From NCBI GenBank assembly GCA_000165345.1, contig CM000434.1, positions 992,001 to 1,056,000 on the forward strand: a stretch of DNA of 64,000 nucleotides. The letters are read 5' to 3'. The translations under genes were made by a program, and so were the position numbers. This document shows positions 24,619 to 36,200 of this stretch, one piece after another. Below the pieces are notes generated by a model that had not been told where the DNA came from, made no database searches, and was given only the letters and a program-made list of their open reading frames with translations. The first letter of the stretch is position 1. Every line of letters starts with the position of its first letter.

Positions 24619-27600
24619 GTGAAGAATATGCAAAGGGATGTAAATTTGAGGAGATACATTCTCCAAGTATTTTCTTCTCCAAATGTCGTAGCATTTGCTT
24701 CTGAAAAAGCCAGGAATATATTGGATAATGAATTTGGAGTATCACTTAATTCATTATTAAGGCCTCTTGGCGTGGAATCACCTTCAAAGTTTCTATGGCC
24801 TCCAAATGAAACTTCTAAAAGAAGTGAAGAATATACTTTAGATTATAACTGGCAAAATAGAATATGTAGAGAAAGTTGTCCAGCCTTCTTGTCTTTAAAA
24901 GAGGTATTCCAAAATAAACCAAAAGGATCACCAAATATATGGACTCCTCAAAATACTATTGAGGAAATTACTATTACTATGCAAGATAAAGAATATAGAA
25001 ATGATCATTTTGAGGTTAGATTTATATCTCTTTGTGATCATGAAAAAATCATACCGGAAAATGATAATCAAACAATATATTGTACAAATTTGGAAGCAAT
25101 AAAGTCTTATGGAGACTTTATTAAACAATTTCCATATAATGATCTTATTTCATCTAGTCTCCTTTATAGTGGAGGAAAGCAATTTGAATCAATGTTTAAA
25201 GAGTTTCTACAAGATGATTTTGAAATTAATGTTAATGATGATGTTATAGAATTTAATAGTGAATTACCTTTTTGGTTTGAAAGATGGTTAGAAGCTTTTA
25301 ATGAAAAATTCAACTTTTTAAATCATGAAAGTATATCTCAGCCTATAGGGGGTATCGTATTTGTTGATATTTCAGAAGATGATCCAATAGAATCTATTAT
25401 TGAAATTACTAATTCACTTAAAACTGGTAAAAATTTTGAAAAACTTGGAGGAAATCCTGGATACTATCTTTTTGGTAAAAAAAGTCATTTAGGATTCATC
25501 AATCATTCTAATTATTTATCCGATACCTGTAAGATCACGAAACCACATTATTTACAAGAATCATATTTGAATGATTTTCCACTCATTTATATATTTATTA
25601 ACGATGAAAAGTCGAATTTTGATTTAATGGAAACTGATCATAATATTATTTCAAGCTTTAAACTTTCATTTCCAGAAAGTATTTGTTATATTTGGAACAT
25701 TAAAGGTCATAATGCTTTGGGAGAAATTCAAGATCCAAGTAAAATTGTTTGGCCTGGAACGTTTTCACATCCATTTAAGGATTTTAATCCAACATTTTCT
25801 GCTAATAGATTCTTTGATTGTAATGAAATGGAACAACTTAATAGCTTTATTATTGATTCAATCAAAAATAGCTTTGTTCCTTGGTTAGAAGATACTATTA
25901 ATAGACTATGTAATCATGTAATTCAGTCAAGAAAAGGACTAAAAAATCATCTAAGAATTCTTTGGAGAAGACCTAGAAATGATACTAGTTCAAATTCAGA
26001 TGGACTACTTTCTAATCTTGGAGTTGGTTCAACATTTAGTAATATAGAAGAAAGATCACAAATTTTTGAACATGAAATCTCACTTTTCTCTTCTAAATCT
26101 AGTTCAAATGGAAATAATAGTTATAAAGGATCAAATACATCTACATGTGTATATTATTCTTCAGGATCTCTTGAAGGTCAAACAAGATTAGTTGCAGATC
26201 TATGTTTAGTATCAGGAATTTATTCTCAATCAATACATTATTATAAGCAGATATTGTCAGAATATAAGTTGGATAAATCATTCTTACATATTGGATCAGC
26301 ATTTTTCTCAATGGCAATTGCTGAGATACTTTCAGATTTTGATCTTGAGACGGTAACTGAATATTGTACAAATTCTTCAAATTCATTCTTAAAAAGTACT
26401 GATGAAATTGGTACTATTTCTGCTATTAAATCACTATTATTTCTCAGTTTGGTGATTTTAAACTCATTCAATTATAAAAAGAGATCTCAAGATCATATTA
26501 CAACTCAGGATGTTAATTCTTTTATGATCAATAATGTATGTAAGAATATTGTAAATGCTTTATCAAAGATATCTAATGAATTTCAAATTTCCCAACCAAA
26601 TCTAAGACCAAGATCTCTTTTCTCAATTAATAAGATGGATTCTCAAGATCATTCAAAAGATTCCATTACTAATCAATATTTATCAGATCTTAAATCGATA
26701 TCCGATATATCAAATATTTATAGAGAAAATTGTATTTTAAGTATATTTGGAGTAATAAACTATGTAATTTCAAGAGTTTTGTATTTATCATCAAGCTTAT
26801 CAAATTTGAACTTTAGAATTCACTTAGATCCAATAAATCTTTCACATTGTTGGAGTATCCATACAGCTCAAGCTGCTCAAGTTTTTCAAGATCTTGGACT
26901 TTTTGGAATATCTCTTAAACATTATTTAACAATTCTTCTTCATATGGATAGATTTTCATATAAACATATTCATAGATACCTTAAATTAAATTCTGCAAGA
27001 CTTTGTCAAAAACTTTCTTTACTTGCTCAATCAACTTTACTTTATTCAAGCTTAATACTAGATATTATTAATGATAAGATCTCATCAAATAATGTGATCC
27101 ATTCTAATCAAAATTCTAACCCCGAAACTTTATGGTTTCAAACTAATGAATCCAACTCTTTATCATTAGTTAATGAACAAGAAATTGAAATCAGTTTAAT
27201 TTGCTATAGAGAATTCATTCGATCTTTTGTAATATATAAACAAGGAGGATTAAAATCTATTACTCCAAGTTCAGAACAAAATGAATTATTTTCAACAATT
27301 TTATCAAATAAATTTTCAAATTTATCACTTTCTCAAACTCCAAGTACATTCCTTAAAATCCCACTTCCTCTCCTACTTGCTGTTGGAGCAGTACTTATTC
27401 TTGAGACGGACTATGAATCACTATTTAAAGCATTTGGAAAGAAAGAAAACAATACAATAAATCAAACAAAATGTACTTGTAATGAAAAAATTCCAAATAT
27501 ACTTGATCAAAAAAAGTTTTGTAATCATTATTTTAAACCTATGAATATAGAGGTACCGGGTACCATATTAAGATCGAGATCACAAAATGAAAATTTTCAA

Positions 27601-30423
27601 GTTTCAGGACAGAATTTGTTTAAGCCAATAAGTCCAAAACACTATAACAATAGAAATGAAGATGATTTTCAGAATTTACTTGAAAAAGTTAACCGACTAT
27701 TAGATCATGATTCTTTTCTGGAAAGCTCAGAAGCTGCAGAACTTAGATCTCAGTATATTTTAAGACGAATTAAGGAGAATAACTGCATAAAAAACACTAA
27801 TCATAACCAACCTCCTTTGGTAAACCCATCCCATTTTTCCAACTCTATCAGATTTTCATTTATTGGTAAAGTTTGTAGTATTGAATTTTACCTTTATAAT
27901 CCTCTTTCATTTCCAATAGTTTGTGAATCTCTACAAATATGGGGTCATTTAAGACTTCATGATGGATCTACTGCTAATAACCATACTATTAAAGATACTG
28001 GTAACTATAATATTGATCAGCCATCTAAAGGAACAGTTTTCTTTGAAAAATCTATTATTCTTAATCCTAATGAAACAATAATCCAGAAACTTTCTGTTAT
28101 TCCTTTTGAAGCTGGAGAATTATTCCTTGTTGGTATTTCATTCCTTTTAGATGGAAAAATACCAATTAGACAAAACTTTGGAACTACTTATATTAATCTT
28201 GACAGACGAATCTCATCTAAAATTGCACAAAATGCAAACCTTAATTTTTCCAACTCCAATAAAGAACACTTTGGAATACAAAGAATTAATATTCTTGGGC
28301 ACTCAAATAGTTCAACCATACATTTTGGAAATATCTCACAAAAATTACTCAATTCTAATCTTTTAATTAATTTGTCTCAAGATCAAGGTATCGATAGGTA
28401 TCGTAATTCTCAAGATCCACATAAAATAAAAGATGATCCAATTGAAAAGAATTCACCTGTTTTATATTCAGGAGTTTCATATACAATTCCAATAAGTATA
28501 TCCAATGAAAAAAATAACACCAATACTTCTTTAAAGGGTTCTACTTTGTTAGTAATTCCACATTTTTCCAATAATTTTAATATCCAAATGAGTTATAAAA
28601 ATCCTCCTCCTGAAATGCATAACTCAACTATTAATTTTAATAATTCCGGTTGTATTTTTAAACTACCAAATATTGAATTTCAAAAAGATCATGAATTTTA
28701 TCTTACATTATGGGTCAACTCTCAATGTTCTGGTAATGTTTACTTTTTGTTACTTAATTCCAATAAGCCATATGAAAATCTTGGAGTATCTGGTGATATC
28801 CCTTTATCTTCATCGTCATCATTGTTATCTTCCCCATCTTCTTCTTCAAGATCTAAAACTAATAGAAGTATTGTATTTGCCAGCTTATGTTTCTATTTCA
28901 GGGATTCTGTATCAATGTCTTGTACTGTTTTACCAGGGGAAGAGGAAACATTAAACAAACTTCTGCTTAGAATTAGAAACCAAGTTCCTAAAGAATTATT
29001 AATTTATGATATCTCTGCCTATCCAAGTAAATGGGTTGAAAAATACGATACAGAATTAAAAACGAATATTATTCAACAAACCCCAACTTTAACGTTATCT
29101 TTAAAAAATAATTCATCCAAAGAGTTTCTTAATGGAAATTTTTCTTCAAGTTATCAAATTAAGAGAATACCTCCGAATGGAACTTACCAGATCTTTTTGA
29201 ATCTTGAAACCAAAGATAAAATTACTTTTTCTATTTCAAAAATTAACCTAGTATTATCATGGATACTTAATGAAAATGATCAATCTTTAGATCATATTCA
29301 TTCTAATCATCCTCTTTCTGGACAAATCTCTATATATAATATTAATCTATTCGATCCTTATTCGATACCTTTTAATGGTAACAAAAATGATCAAGATAAA
29401 TATCAACCACTCTCTATTTCTATTAATATTAAAGATATTGATAATTTATCTGATCATTCTCCATTAAATGGAGATATTCATCTTGTTGAGACTAATATTA
29501 CATTAACAAATATTACAATACATTCAATTATTATCTGTAGTTTAATATGTAATTCCAAATTTCTTACATCCCAAGGCCTCCAAGATGATCTTCTATTACC
29601 TTCAGAATCTATTATTCAAAATCAAAATAACCAAGAAAATTCTACTATTTTAACTCAAGATGATCAAAATTTCTATCTAAATCAATCTATTTCTTCAGCA
29701 TTAGAATCTGGTGAACTTAAATGGGTTGGACCAACTGTTACCCATATTCAATTATATCCAAGATCATCTAAAAGATTAAAATTGATAGCAGTTGTTCCAT
29801 TTAAAGGTATATTTTCAACAAATACAATACAATTATTGATTAGAGAGAAATATCCATTCTTTCCTAATTATATTAAAACTGGTAATAAAGGAGATCTCAA
29901 GAATTATACCCATAAAAACTATAATTATAATATATTCTTTTATATTAGTTATATGAATTGGATACCTAAAATATTTATAAATTCAAATGACAAACTAATT
30001 TCTAGGTACCCTATAAAAACTGATCAAGATTATCTAATCCATACATTTTCTTTTTCTAAAGGAAAATCAAGTTATAGTGATAAGAACAATAATAGAAGCC
30101 TACTTCCAGCTTATATAGAGAATAAGGCTAATTCTAATAAGAAAACTGGAATATATGAATCGGATACAAAATCCTCTATTGAAGCTAAATCTAAAGAAAA
30201 CCTATTTATCCAACAAGATCATATTAGTAATATTAATAAACTAAATATAACAATTCTTGATAAATGGCTTAAAAATAACGAAATAGCCTTCGATAATGGA
30301 GGTAACATTAAAATGATCAATAATTCTAATGTATATAAAACTGTAAATCTTCCCCAAAACTATCTAAAGAGGAGACTAATCGTCCAAAGATCTCATCAAT
30401 CTTACTTTCTCATTAGAATGTAG
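24619..30423 (+). CDS. TRAPP complex subunit TRAPPC8/Trs85-like protein
   Basis: 1934 aa. Signature block QTRLVADLCLVSGIYSQSIHYYKQILSEYKLDKSFLHIGSAFFSMAIAE matches the Trs85/TRAPPC8 core (RK.ADL.FL..DY.LA…Y…K.DF..D.A…A.EM). E2F site ttttggcgccaag at 24547. Confidence 0.65.
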   Translation: MKNMQRDVNLRRYILQVFSSPNVVAFASEKARNILDNEFGVSLNSLLRPLGVESPSKFLWPPNETSKRSEEYTLDYNWQNRICRESCPAFLSLKEVFQNKPKGSPNIWTPQNTIEEITITMQDKEYRNDHFEVRFISLCDHEKIIPENDNQTIYCTNLEAIKSYGDFIKQFPYNDLISSSLLYSGGKQFESMFKEFLQDDFEINVNDDVIEFNSELPFWFERWLEAFNEKFNFLNHESISQPIGGIVFVDISEDDPIESIIEITNSLKTGKNFEKLGGNPGYYLFGKKSHLGFINHSNYLSDTCKITKPHYLQESYLNDFPLIYIFINDEKSNFDLMETDHNIISSFKLSFPESICYIWNIKGHNALGEIQDPSKIVWPGTFSHPFKDFNPTFSANRFFDCNEMEQLNSFIIDSIKNSFVPWLEDTINRLCNHVIQSRKGLKNHLRILWRRPRNDTSSNSDGLLSNLGVGSTFSNIEERSQIFEHEISLFSSKSSSNGNNSYKGSNTSTCVYYSSGSLEGQTRLVADLCLVSGIYSQSIHYYKQILSEYKLDKSFLHIGSAFFSMAIAEILSDFDLETVTEYCTNSSNSFLKSTDEIGTISAIKSLLFLSLVILNSFNYKKRSQDHITTQDVNSFMINNVCKNIVNALSKISNEFQISQPNLRPRSLFSINKMDSQDHSKDSITNQYLSDLKSISDISNIYRENCILSIFGVINYVISRVLYLSSSLSNLNFRIHLDPINLSHCWSIHTAQAAQVFQDLGLFGISLKHYLTILLHMDRFSYKHIHRYLKLNSARLCQKLSLLAQSTLLYSSLILDIINDKISSNNVIHSNQNSNPETLWFQTNESNSLSLVNEQEIEISLICYREFIRSFVIYKQGGLKSITPSSEQNELFSTILSNKFSNLSLSQTPSTFLKIPLPLLLAVGAVLILETDYESLFKAFGKKENNTINQTKCTCNEKIPNILDQKKFCNHYFKPMNIEVPGTILRSRSQNENFQVSGQNLFKPISPKHYNNRNEDDFQNLLEKVNRLLDHDSFLESSEAAELRSQYILRRIKENNCIKNTNHNQPPLVNPSHFSNSIRFSFIGKVCSIEFYLYNPLSFPIVCESLQIWGHLRLHDGSTANNHTIKDTGNYNIDQPSKGTVFFEKSIILNPNETIIQKLSVIPFEAGELFLVGISFLLDGKIPIRQNFGTTYINLDRRISSKIAQNANLNFSNSNKEHFGIQRINILGHSNSSTIHFGNISQKLLNSNLLINLSQDQGIDRYRNSQDPHKIKDDPIEKNSPVLYSGVSYTIPISISNEKNNTNTSLKGSTLLVIPHFSNNFNIQMSYKNPPPEMHNSTINFNNSGCIFKLPNIEFQKDHEFYLTLWVNSQCSGNVYFLLLNSNKPYENLGVSGDIPLSSSSSLLSSPSSSSRSKTNRSIVFASLCFYFRDSVSMSCTVLPGEEETLNKLLLRIRNQVPKELLIYDISAYPSKWVEKYDTELKTNIIQQTPTLTLSLKNNSSKEFLNGNFSSSYQIKRIPPNGTYQIFLNLETKDKITFSISKINLVLSWILNENDQSLDHIHSNHPLSGQISIYNINLFDPYSIPFNGNKNDQDKYQPLSISINIKDIDNLSDHSPLNGDIHLVETNITLTNITIHSIIICSLICNSKFLTSQGLQDDLLLPSESIIQNQNNQENSTILTQDDQNFYLNQSISSALESGELKWVGPTVTHIQLYPRSSKRLKLIAVVPFKGIFSTNTIQLLIREKYPFFPNYIKTGNKGDLKNYTHKNYNYNIFFYISYMNWIPKIFINSNDKLISRYPIKTDQDYLIHTFSFSKGKSSYSDKNNNRSLLPAYIENKANSNKKTGIYESDTKSSIEAKSKENLFIQQDHISNINKLNITILDKWLKNNEIAFDNGGNIKMINNSNVYKTVNLPQNYLKRRLIVQRSHQSYFLIRM

Positions 30424-30485
30424 TCAAAAAGATCCACTTGATAATTTTAAGTACGAAATTTCCTGTTTTAAAATAAATTATTACT

Positions 30486-30506
30486 ATTATTATTATTATT
30501 ATTACT
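30486..30506. repeat. (ATT)7 microsatellite in 3' spacer
   Basis: tattattattattattattat. Confidence 0.85.
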
Positions 30507-30743
30507 TTCTACTAAAAAAAGAATCTAAAAGACTAAGGATGTGTATTAAAGCTAGAAATGCATGCATGCATGCAATTATAACGGTATCGATTAAACCAGC
30601 TTAAGAATTTTCTTTTCTTGAGGGTGAAAAAAAAAAATTCACTCCTAGATTATCTCATTTTCTGTTGTATTCCTTTCTTAGAGTGTTACAAAAGTCCTGA
30701 ATATACTAAACTTAGTAAACATGTAATTAAAAAAATCAATAAT

Positions 30744-31334
30744 TTATCGATTTGCTTTAGCAACACGTTCTACCTCATCCTTTCTCTTAATAGCATAGCT
30801 ATTTGGATTTTCCTTGGCACAGTTCATAATTTCATCAGCCAAGCATTCAGCAATGGTCTTGATGTTTCTGAAAGCCTGAGTACGAGCACCAGTACAAATA
30901 AGATAAATAGCTTGGTTGACACGTCTCAATGGTGAAACGTCAACAGCTTGACGTCTGACAGCACCAGCAGAACCAATACTAGTAGAATCTTCACGAGGAC
31001 CTCCATTCTTAACAGCATCTACAAAGACTTGAATTGGATTTTGATCAGTGACGAGATGAATAATATCAAAAGCAGCACGAACTATACGTATAGCCTGGTT
31101 CTTTTTACCATTGTTTCTACCATGCATCATTAAAGAACATACAAGTCTTTCAACAATTGGGCAAAGAGCCTTTCTAAAACGCTTAACTTGGTATCTACCT
31201 GCAGTAACTGGAGCATATACGCAAGCCTTGTCCTTGACGGCAATGTAATCTACAAGAGATAAGTCAGAAACATTGACATCGTCATAAGACCACTTGCCGA
31301 ATAATTTAACATCAGAAGTAGAGAAAGTTGCCAT
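30744..31334 (-). CDS. RPS5: 40S ribosomal protein S5 (uS7)
   Basis: 196 aa collinear with eukaryotic RPS5 throughout (KLFGKWS…[10 protein letters not shown]…[19 protein letters not shown]). Confidence 0.95.
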   Translation of the reverse strand: MATFSTSDVKLFGKWSYDDVNVSDLSLVDYIAVKDKACVYAPVTAGRYQVKRFRKALCPIVERLVCSLMMHGRNNGKKNQAIRIVRAAFDIIHLVTDQNPIQVFVDAVKNGGPREDSTSIGSAGAVRRQAVDVSPLRRVNQAIYLICTGARTQAFRNIKTIAECLADEIMNCAKENPNSYAIKRKDEVERVAKANR

Positions 31335-31650
31335 TTTGACTTCGTTTCTTAAACCAATTTTTTTAAATTAATTAATCCTTAAAAGTCTTTCCTTCTTAGT
31401 AAACTTGTACTAGAAATTCTCAACAAAGCTAATTCCTCTCAATTTAAAAAGCCTTTCTTGATTTATTTGTCAAATATTTTCTATTAGTTTTAATAGGTAG
31501 ACACGAAAATGTGTTTATTGAATAAATTTATTAATATTATTTTTTTAAAAAAATTTATTTTAAATTAAAAATTATTTATTTTATTTATTAATATTGTTTT
31601 ACTATGACTCGTCTAAATAAGCCGTCTCAAATATACATTCAGCGTGGAAT

Positions 31651-31673
31651 GCCCGCCTAAATTTTGGGCGGGC
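31651..31673. promoter_or_regulatory. near-palindromic double E2F half-site gcccgcctaaattttgggcgggc ~320 bp upstream of RPS5
   Basis: Inverted GGCGGG cores separated by taaatttt. Confidence 0.5.
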
Positions 31674-31741
31674 AGTTGGAATCATTAATATTAAATGTGG
31701 GAGAAAAAATTAAATGATTTTAATTAATTTGTTTAGAATAA

Positions 31742-32695
31742 TTAAAAATGATTATTAGTATTACTACTACTACTGCTATTACTACAATTTTTAGTATTTT
31801 GGTGATTACGCCTAGAATTTGGATAGATTCTTGTTGTAGTTCTTTCATTATCCTCTAAATGGTGTGAAGAGTTCCATTTAATACAAATACACACTCGTCT
31901 CGGATTATTTTGAGAATAGTCTTTGTGGCTAGTATCTTCATATTGTCTAATATTGTGGTCATACAATACAATCTGACTAATTGCGCAATTTTCACACGGG
32001 AAAATGGCAGACTCCTCTAAGGATGGGAGAGGACTTCTATGCATGAATAGTCTCTTCATTATCATATCTTGAAAAAGTCCATGACTAATTAGAATATTAG
32101 TATTTCCTTGATATTCGGTACCTTTTTTTTGCAAATCTTCGCAACTAATTTCCCATAATAATTCTGCAACTTTTTGTGCTCTCTCAGAGGCCTCTTTGAA
32201 AGTTTCTTGAGGTTTTCCCCACCACCCTTTTTCTGTGATCCTATCATCTAATTGAAAATTTGGGAATTCTTCCATTATTTCACTCCTTTTTTTCCCGCCA
32301 CAAACTTCTTTTGATTCTCTGGGACTATAGACATGTCTTCTGCCTTTAAAAACTCCTCCAACTTCACATAGATCTGGATTTACAAATACTGGAATACTAA
32401 GAATTTTCTGGATCTCATTTGCAGTCTCTAATGACCTTTGCATTGGCGAACAATAAATTGCTTTGAATGTTGGACTAGCCAAATTCATTGACTTCTGGTC
32501 TTCCCTTTCTTGTTTCCACACCTTAACACTTTCTGAAGCTAAATATAATCCAGTTTTTTCTGCCTGTATACGTCCTAACTCCGTTAATGTTGGATCTGGA
32601 ACTCTTTCATCACTATACTTTTCTCCTAAATCTGTTGAATCATTGTTATTGGTTGCATTGTTTGCTGACTCTGCATGCCTAATAAAAAACCACAT
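31742..32695 (-). CDS. histidine phosphatase superfamily (phosphoglycerate mutase-like) protein
   Basis: 317 aa. N-terminal catalytic RHAES (RHG-type) motif at residues 6-10 and a second His region (ILISHGLF). C-terminal basic/Ser-rich tail. Confidence 0.7.
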   Translation of the reverse strand: MWFFIRHAESANNATNNNDSTDLGEKYSDERVPDPTLTELGRIQAEKTGLYLASESVKVWKQEREDQKSMNLASPTFKAIYCSPMQRSLETANEIQKILSIPVFVNPDLCEVGGVFKGRRHVYSPRESKEVCGGKKRSEIMEEFPNFQLDDRITEKGWWGKPQETFKEASERAQKVAELLWEISCEDLQKKGTEYQGNTNILISHGLFQDMIMKRLFMHRSPLPSLEESAIFPCENCAISQIVLYDHNIRQYEDTSHKDYSQNNPRRVCICIKWNSSHHLEDNERTTTRIYPNSRRNHQNTKNCSNSSSSSNTNNHF

Positions 32696-32746
32696 TGATC
32701 CTATTCTCTAGTCTTAATCAATATTTTAAATTTCTTGATCAAGAAG

Positions 32747-33120
32747 TTGGCGCCAAATATATGCATGCTTTATTCTTCAAATCTATTAATATTTTCTACA
32801 TGTAAATCCTTTTCTAAGCCAAGTCTTTTTTTTGTAATAACTAATATTTTATACTCAAATATAAATTTCCACTCTAACGATATTTTTTGCCTTATTAACC
32901 TCTCAAACCTAATCCATTATGTTTTAACAACCCTATCAACTTCATATCCTTCTAATCAAACTCTAGAAACATCAATATTCTATCTCCTAATATACCCAAT
33001 ACCCTCCTATCTAAAGTTATTCCTCTAACTCCAATCTTCCTTGCATGCAAGTTCTTTATTCACTTTCTTTTATTATCCTCGAATTTATGTCTACCACACT
33101 TTAATAGTTTTGGCGGGAAA
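32747..33120. promoter_or_regulatory. divergent promoter (histidine phosphatase / myosin): ttggcgccaaat (32747), atgcatgc (32761), tgcatgca (33042), ttttggcgggaaa (33108)
   Basis: Four GC-rich motif occurrences in the 518-bp spacer between divergent ATGs. Confidence 0.55.
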
Positions 33121-33213
33121 GTCTACCAACATGTTAAAGGCTTTTTATTAATGGATAAAAGTAAATTTGATAAATAGAAAAGGCTGAATTACCTTTTTGA
33201 AAATTGGGAAAAG

Positions 33214-36200
33214 ATGGATCTCCAGTTAGAAAAAAAGGAAGTTCTAGAGAGCAGAAGTTTGGTTTGGGTAAAGCACCCAAAATTGGCTTGGGCTCCAGCC
33301 ACTATATTAAGAAGAGAGGAACAAGGTTTTGTGGCTAGAGTTGAGGATGGCTTAGAGGTAAAGATTACCAGTGAACATGCTGAGAAGCATTCTGTTCATA
33401 AATCTAGTTTATCTGGTATACCTAATCTTTTAGTTTTGGGAGATTATTGTGAGGGAGCTTTGTTACATAATGTAAGAACAAGGTATTACCAAGATAACAT
33501 ATATACTTGTATAGGAAATCTTATATTAATTAGTATCAATCCATATAAGGTAATCCCAGAGCTTTATGGTAGAAATCTGTTTAATTTATATAGAAATGGC
33601 TTAGAATCTGTGAACTCTATGAATTCTAGCCAAAAATCTGACGAGAATAAAAGTGACCAATACAGTGGACTACCTCCTCATATTTTTAAGATGGCTCAGA
33701 ATGCATATGACTCCTTATTTAAAGATAAGAAGAGTCAGAGCATTATAATTACTGGAGAAAGTGGAGCAGGGAAAACAGAAGCAACAAAGATCATTCTATG
33801 CTATTTAGCAAATATACAAAAATCTACATCCTCTTTTGATTTTACTGGTGGTCGTCCTAATTCTGCCTTAAGTCCCTCAATTTACTCATGTAATGCAAGT
33901 CCTATAAGTTTAGTTTCCCCAAAGACTGATGATTCTTCAATAGAGAATCTTGTGTTAAGAAGTAATCCTATCTTAGAAGCTTTTGGTAATGCAAAAACAA
34001 TAAGAAATGATAACTCATCTAGATTTGGAAAGTTCATAGAAATCTATTTTGATGCAACTGGGAAGTTAAGAGGAGCATCTATTTCGAACTACCTTTTAGA
34101 GAAATGTAGGCTTACAAACCAACAAGAAGGTGAAAGGAATTACCATATATTCTATTGTCTTGCAGCAGGAGTATCCAAAGGGATCTTCCCAGAATCAATT
34201 TCAGAAGAGCTTAATATTAAGTTTCAGGAAGATTTTGAGATCATTAGAGAGAACATTGAGATTCCAGGAAGAGATGATTGTTCTGAAATGAAGGAAGTTT
34301 TAGAGTGTTTAAAGTGTATTGGACTTTGTGAATCTGAAATTTTTGAGATCTTGAGAATATGTGCCGGTATACTACATCTTTGTAACTTTGATTTTATTCA
34401 AGAAAGTGCAAGTGATGCTCCGAAGGTACGAGATGACCAGATGGATTCTTTTAATTCAGCCTATAAATTACTTAAATTGGATCCAAATGAACTTTTGAAT
34501 GTATTTCAATGGAAGAAACTTAAAGATCCTGAGACAGGAAGAATTATAAGGATGCCAGTTTCATTAGAAGCAGCTTTTCAAACAAGAGACTCAATGGCAA
34601 AAGCAATATACTCGAAATTATTTGATTGGTTAGTTTTTAGAATTAATAAATCCATGACAAATGGATTGATGAATAATAATATTGGAGGAGGTACCGGACA
34701 AGATATTTTGTCTAAGAAGAATTTTTCAGGAAGATCAATAGGTCTTTTGGATATTTATGGTTTTGAAGTCTTTGATTGTAACTCTTTTGAACAATTTTGT
34801 ATTAACTTTAGTAACGAAAAGCTTCAACAACAGTTTAATCATCAGATGTTCCAAGAAGAACAACAAGTTTACGAAGGAGAAGGTATCGACTGGACAAGGA
34901 TTGATTTTATTGATAATAAGGTAATTATTGATTCTCTTGAAAAGAAGCCAAATGGTATTTTTCCACTATTAGATTCCGAATGTTTAATGCCTCAAGGATC
35001 AGATTCATCATTCTTAAATAAGATTTTAAAGTTGTCAGGAGATTCAAATAAGACTCATAATAGTAATCAGATAATTTATAAACCAAGTAAGATGTCAAAT
35101 AGCAGCTTTGCTGTTTCACATTATGCTGGTCCAGTAATTTACGATACCAGAGGATTTTTGGAGAAGAACAGAGATCAACTTCATTCAGATGTTACAGATC
35201 TTTTAAAGTTATCAGAATCATGTCTAATAATTGAATTATTTAATTCCAGACAATCAAATGAAAATTTAGCAAAAAGATCTTCAATTTCAAGATCCGGTAC
35301 CGGTATAAAATTGAGTGAAGATCAATCATCAAATGCAAATTCAAATACAATTAATCGACCAAAAGGAATTCTAGTAACAGTTAGTGGAGCTTTTAGAGAT
35401 CAGCTTAATGGACTGATTGAGACTTTGAATAGTACATCTCCAAGCTATATTAGGTGTATAAAGCCAAATAGTAGAAAGGCAGTGCATGAATTTGATAGCT
35501 TGGATGTATTACGTCAATTAAGATGTGCGGGTATGCTTGAGAGTATTAGGATTCGAAGATCTGGATACAGTGTAAGAAGAAAGTTTAAAGATTTTTATAA
35601 TAGATATAAGATCCTTTATCCCTCTTTTGAGTCTCACGACTTTACTGGAGCTAAGAATTACTCATTGATTTGTAGGAAGATCTTAGAGAAGTTTCAGAGT
35701 GATCTTCAGGAGGGTCTAAATGAGGAGGAAAGAAGAAAGTGGGATTATTCTTGGCAAATTGGAAAGACTCAAGTTTTTGTTAAAGATTCTTTACAAACTC
35801 ATCTAGAACATTCAGTATCTGAAGCTTGTCACAAATATTGTACAAGTATCTCAGCAACTTGGAGGATGTACAAAGCAAAGAAAGAGTATAAACAAATTAG
35901 AAAAGCTTCATTTAGTATCCAATCAAGATGGAGGTCATTCCAGATTAGGAAATCTTTCTTAGCAATTTTGGGATCTAGAATTCAAGCTGCAAGGGTTATT
36001 CAAAGGAGATATAGAGATCATTTGAAAATAAAGGAACAAATTAAACAGAAAGAAATCAGAAATATACCCGAATTGAATACGGTACCTAAAGATATTGATC
36101 ATGATCAAAAGGTACCGAAATTATTGGATAGAATTGAAAATCAAGATAATGATCAGAATTTATCGTCAAACTCAGTTCCAACAAATGTTTCAAGACTTTG

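Noticed and set aside
32283-32295. tttttcccgccac E2F-like match inside the histidine-phosphatase CDS (also 11527-11536 in giant ORF)
   Set aside because: Isolated single half-sites within coding sequence, not accompanied by other motifs. Compatible with chance or coding constraint (CGGKK), unlike the clustered cases reported as findings.
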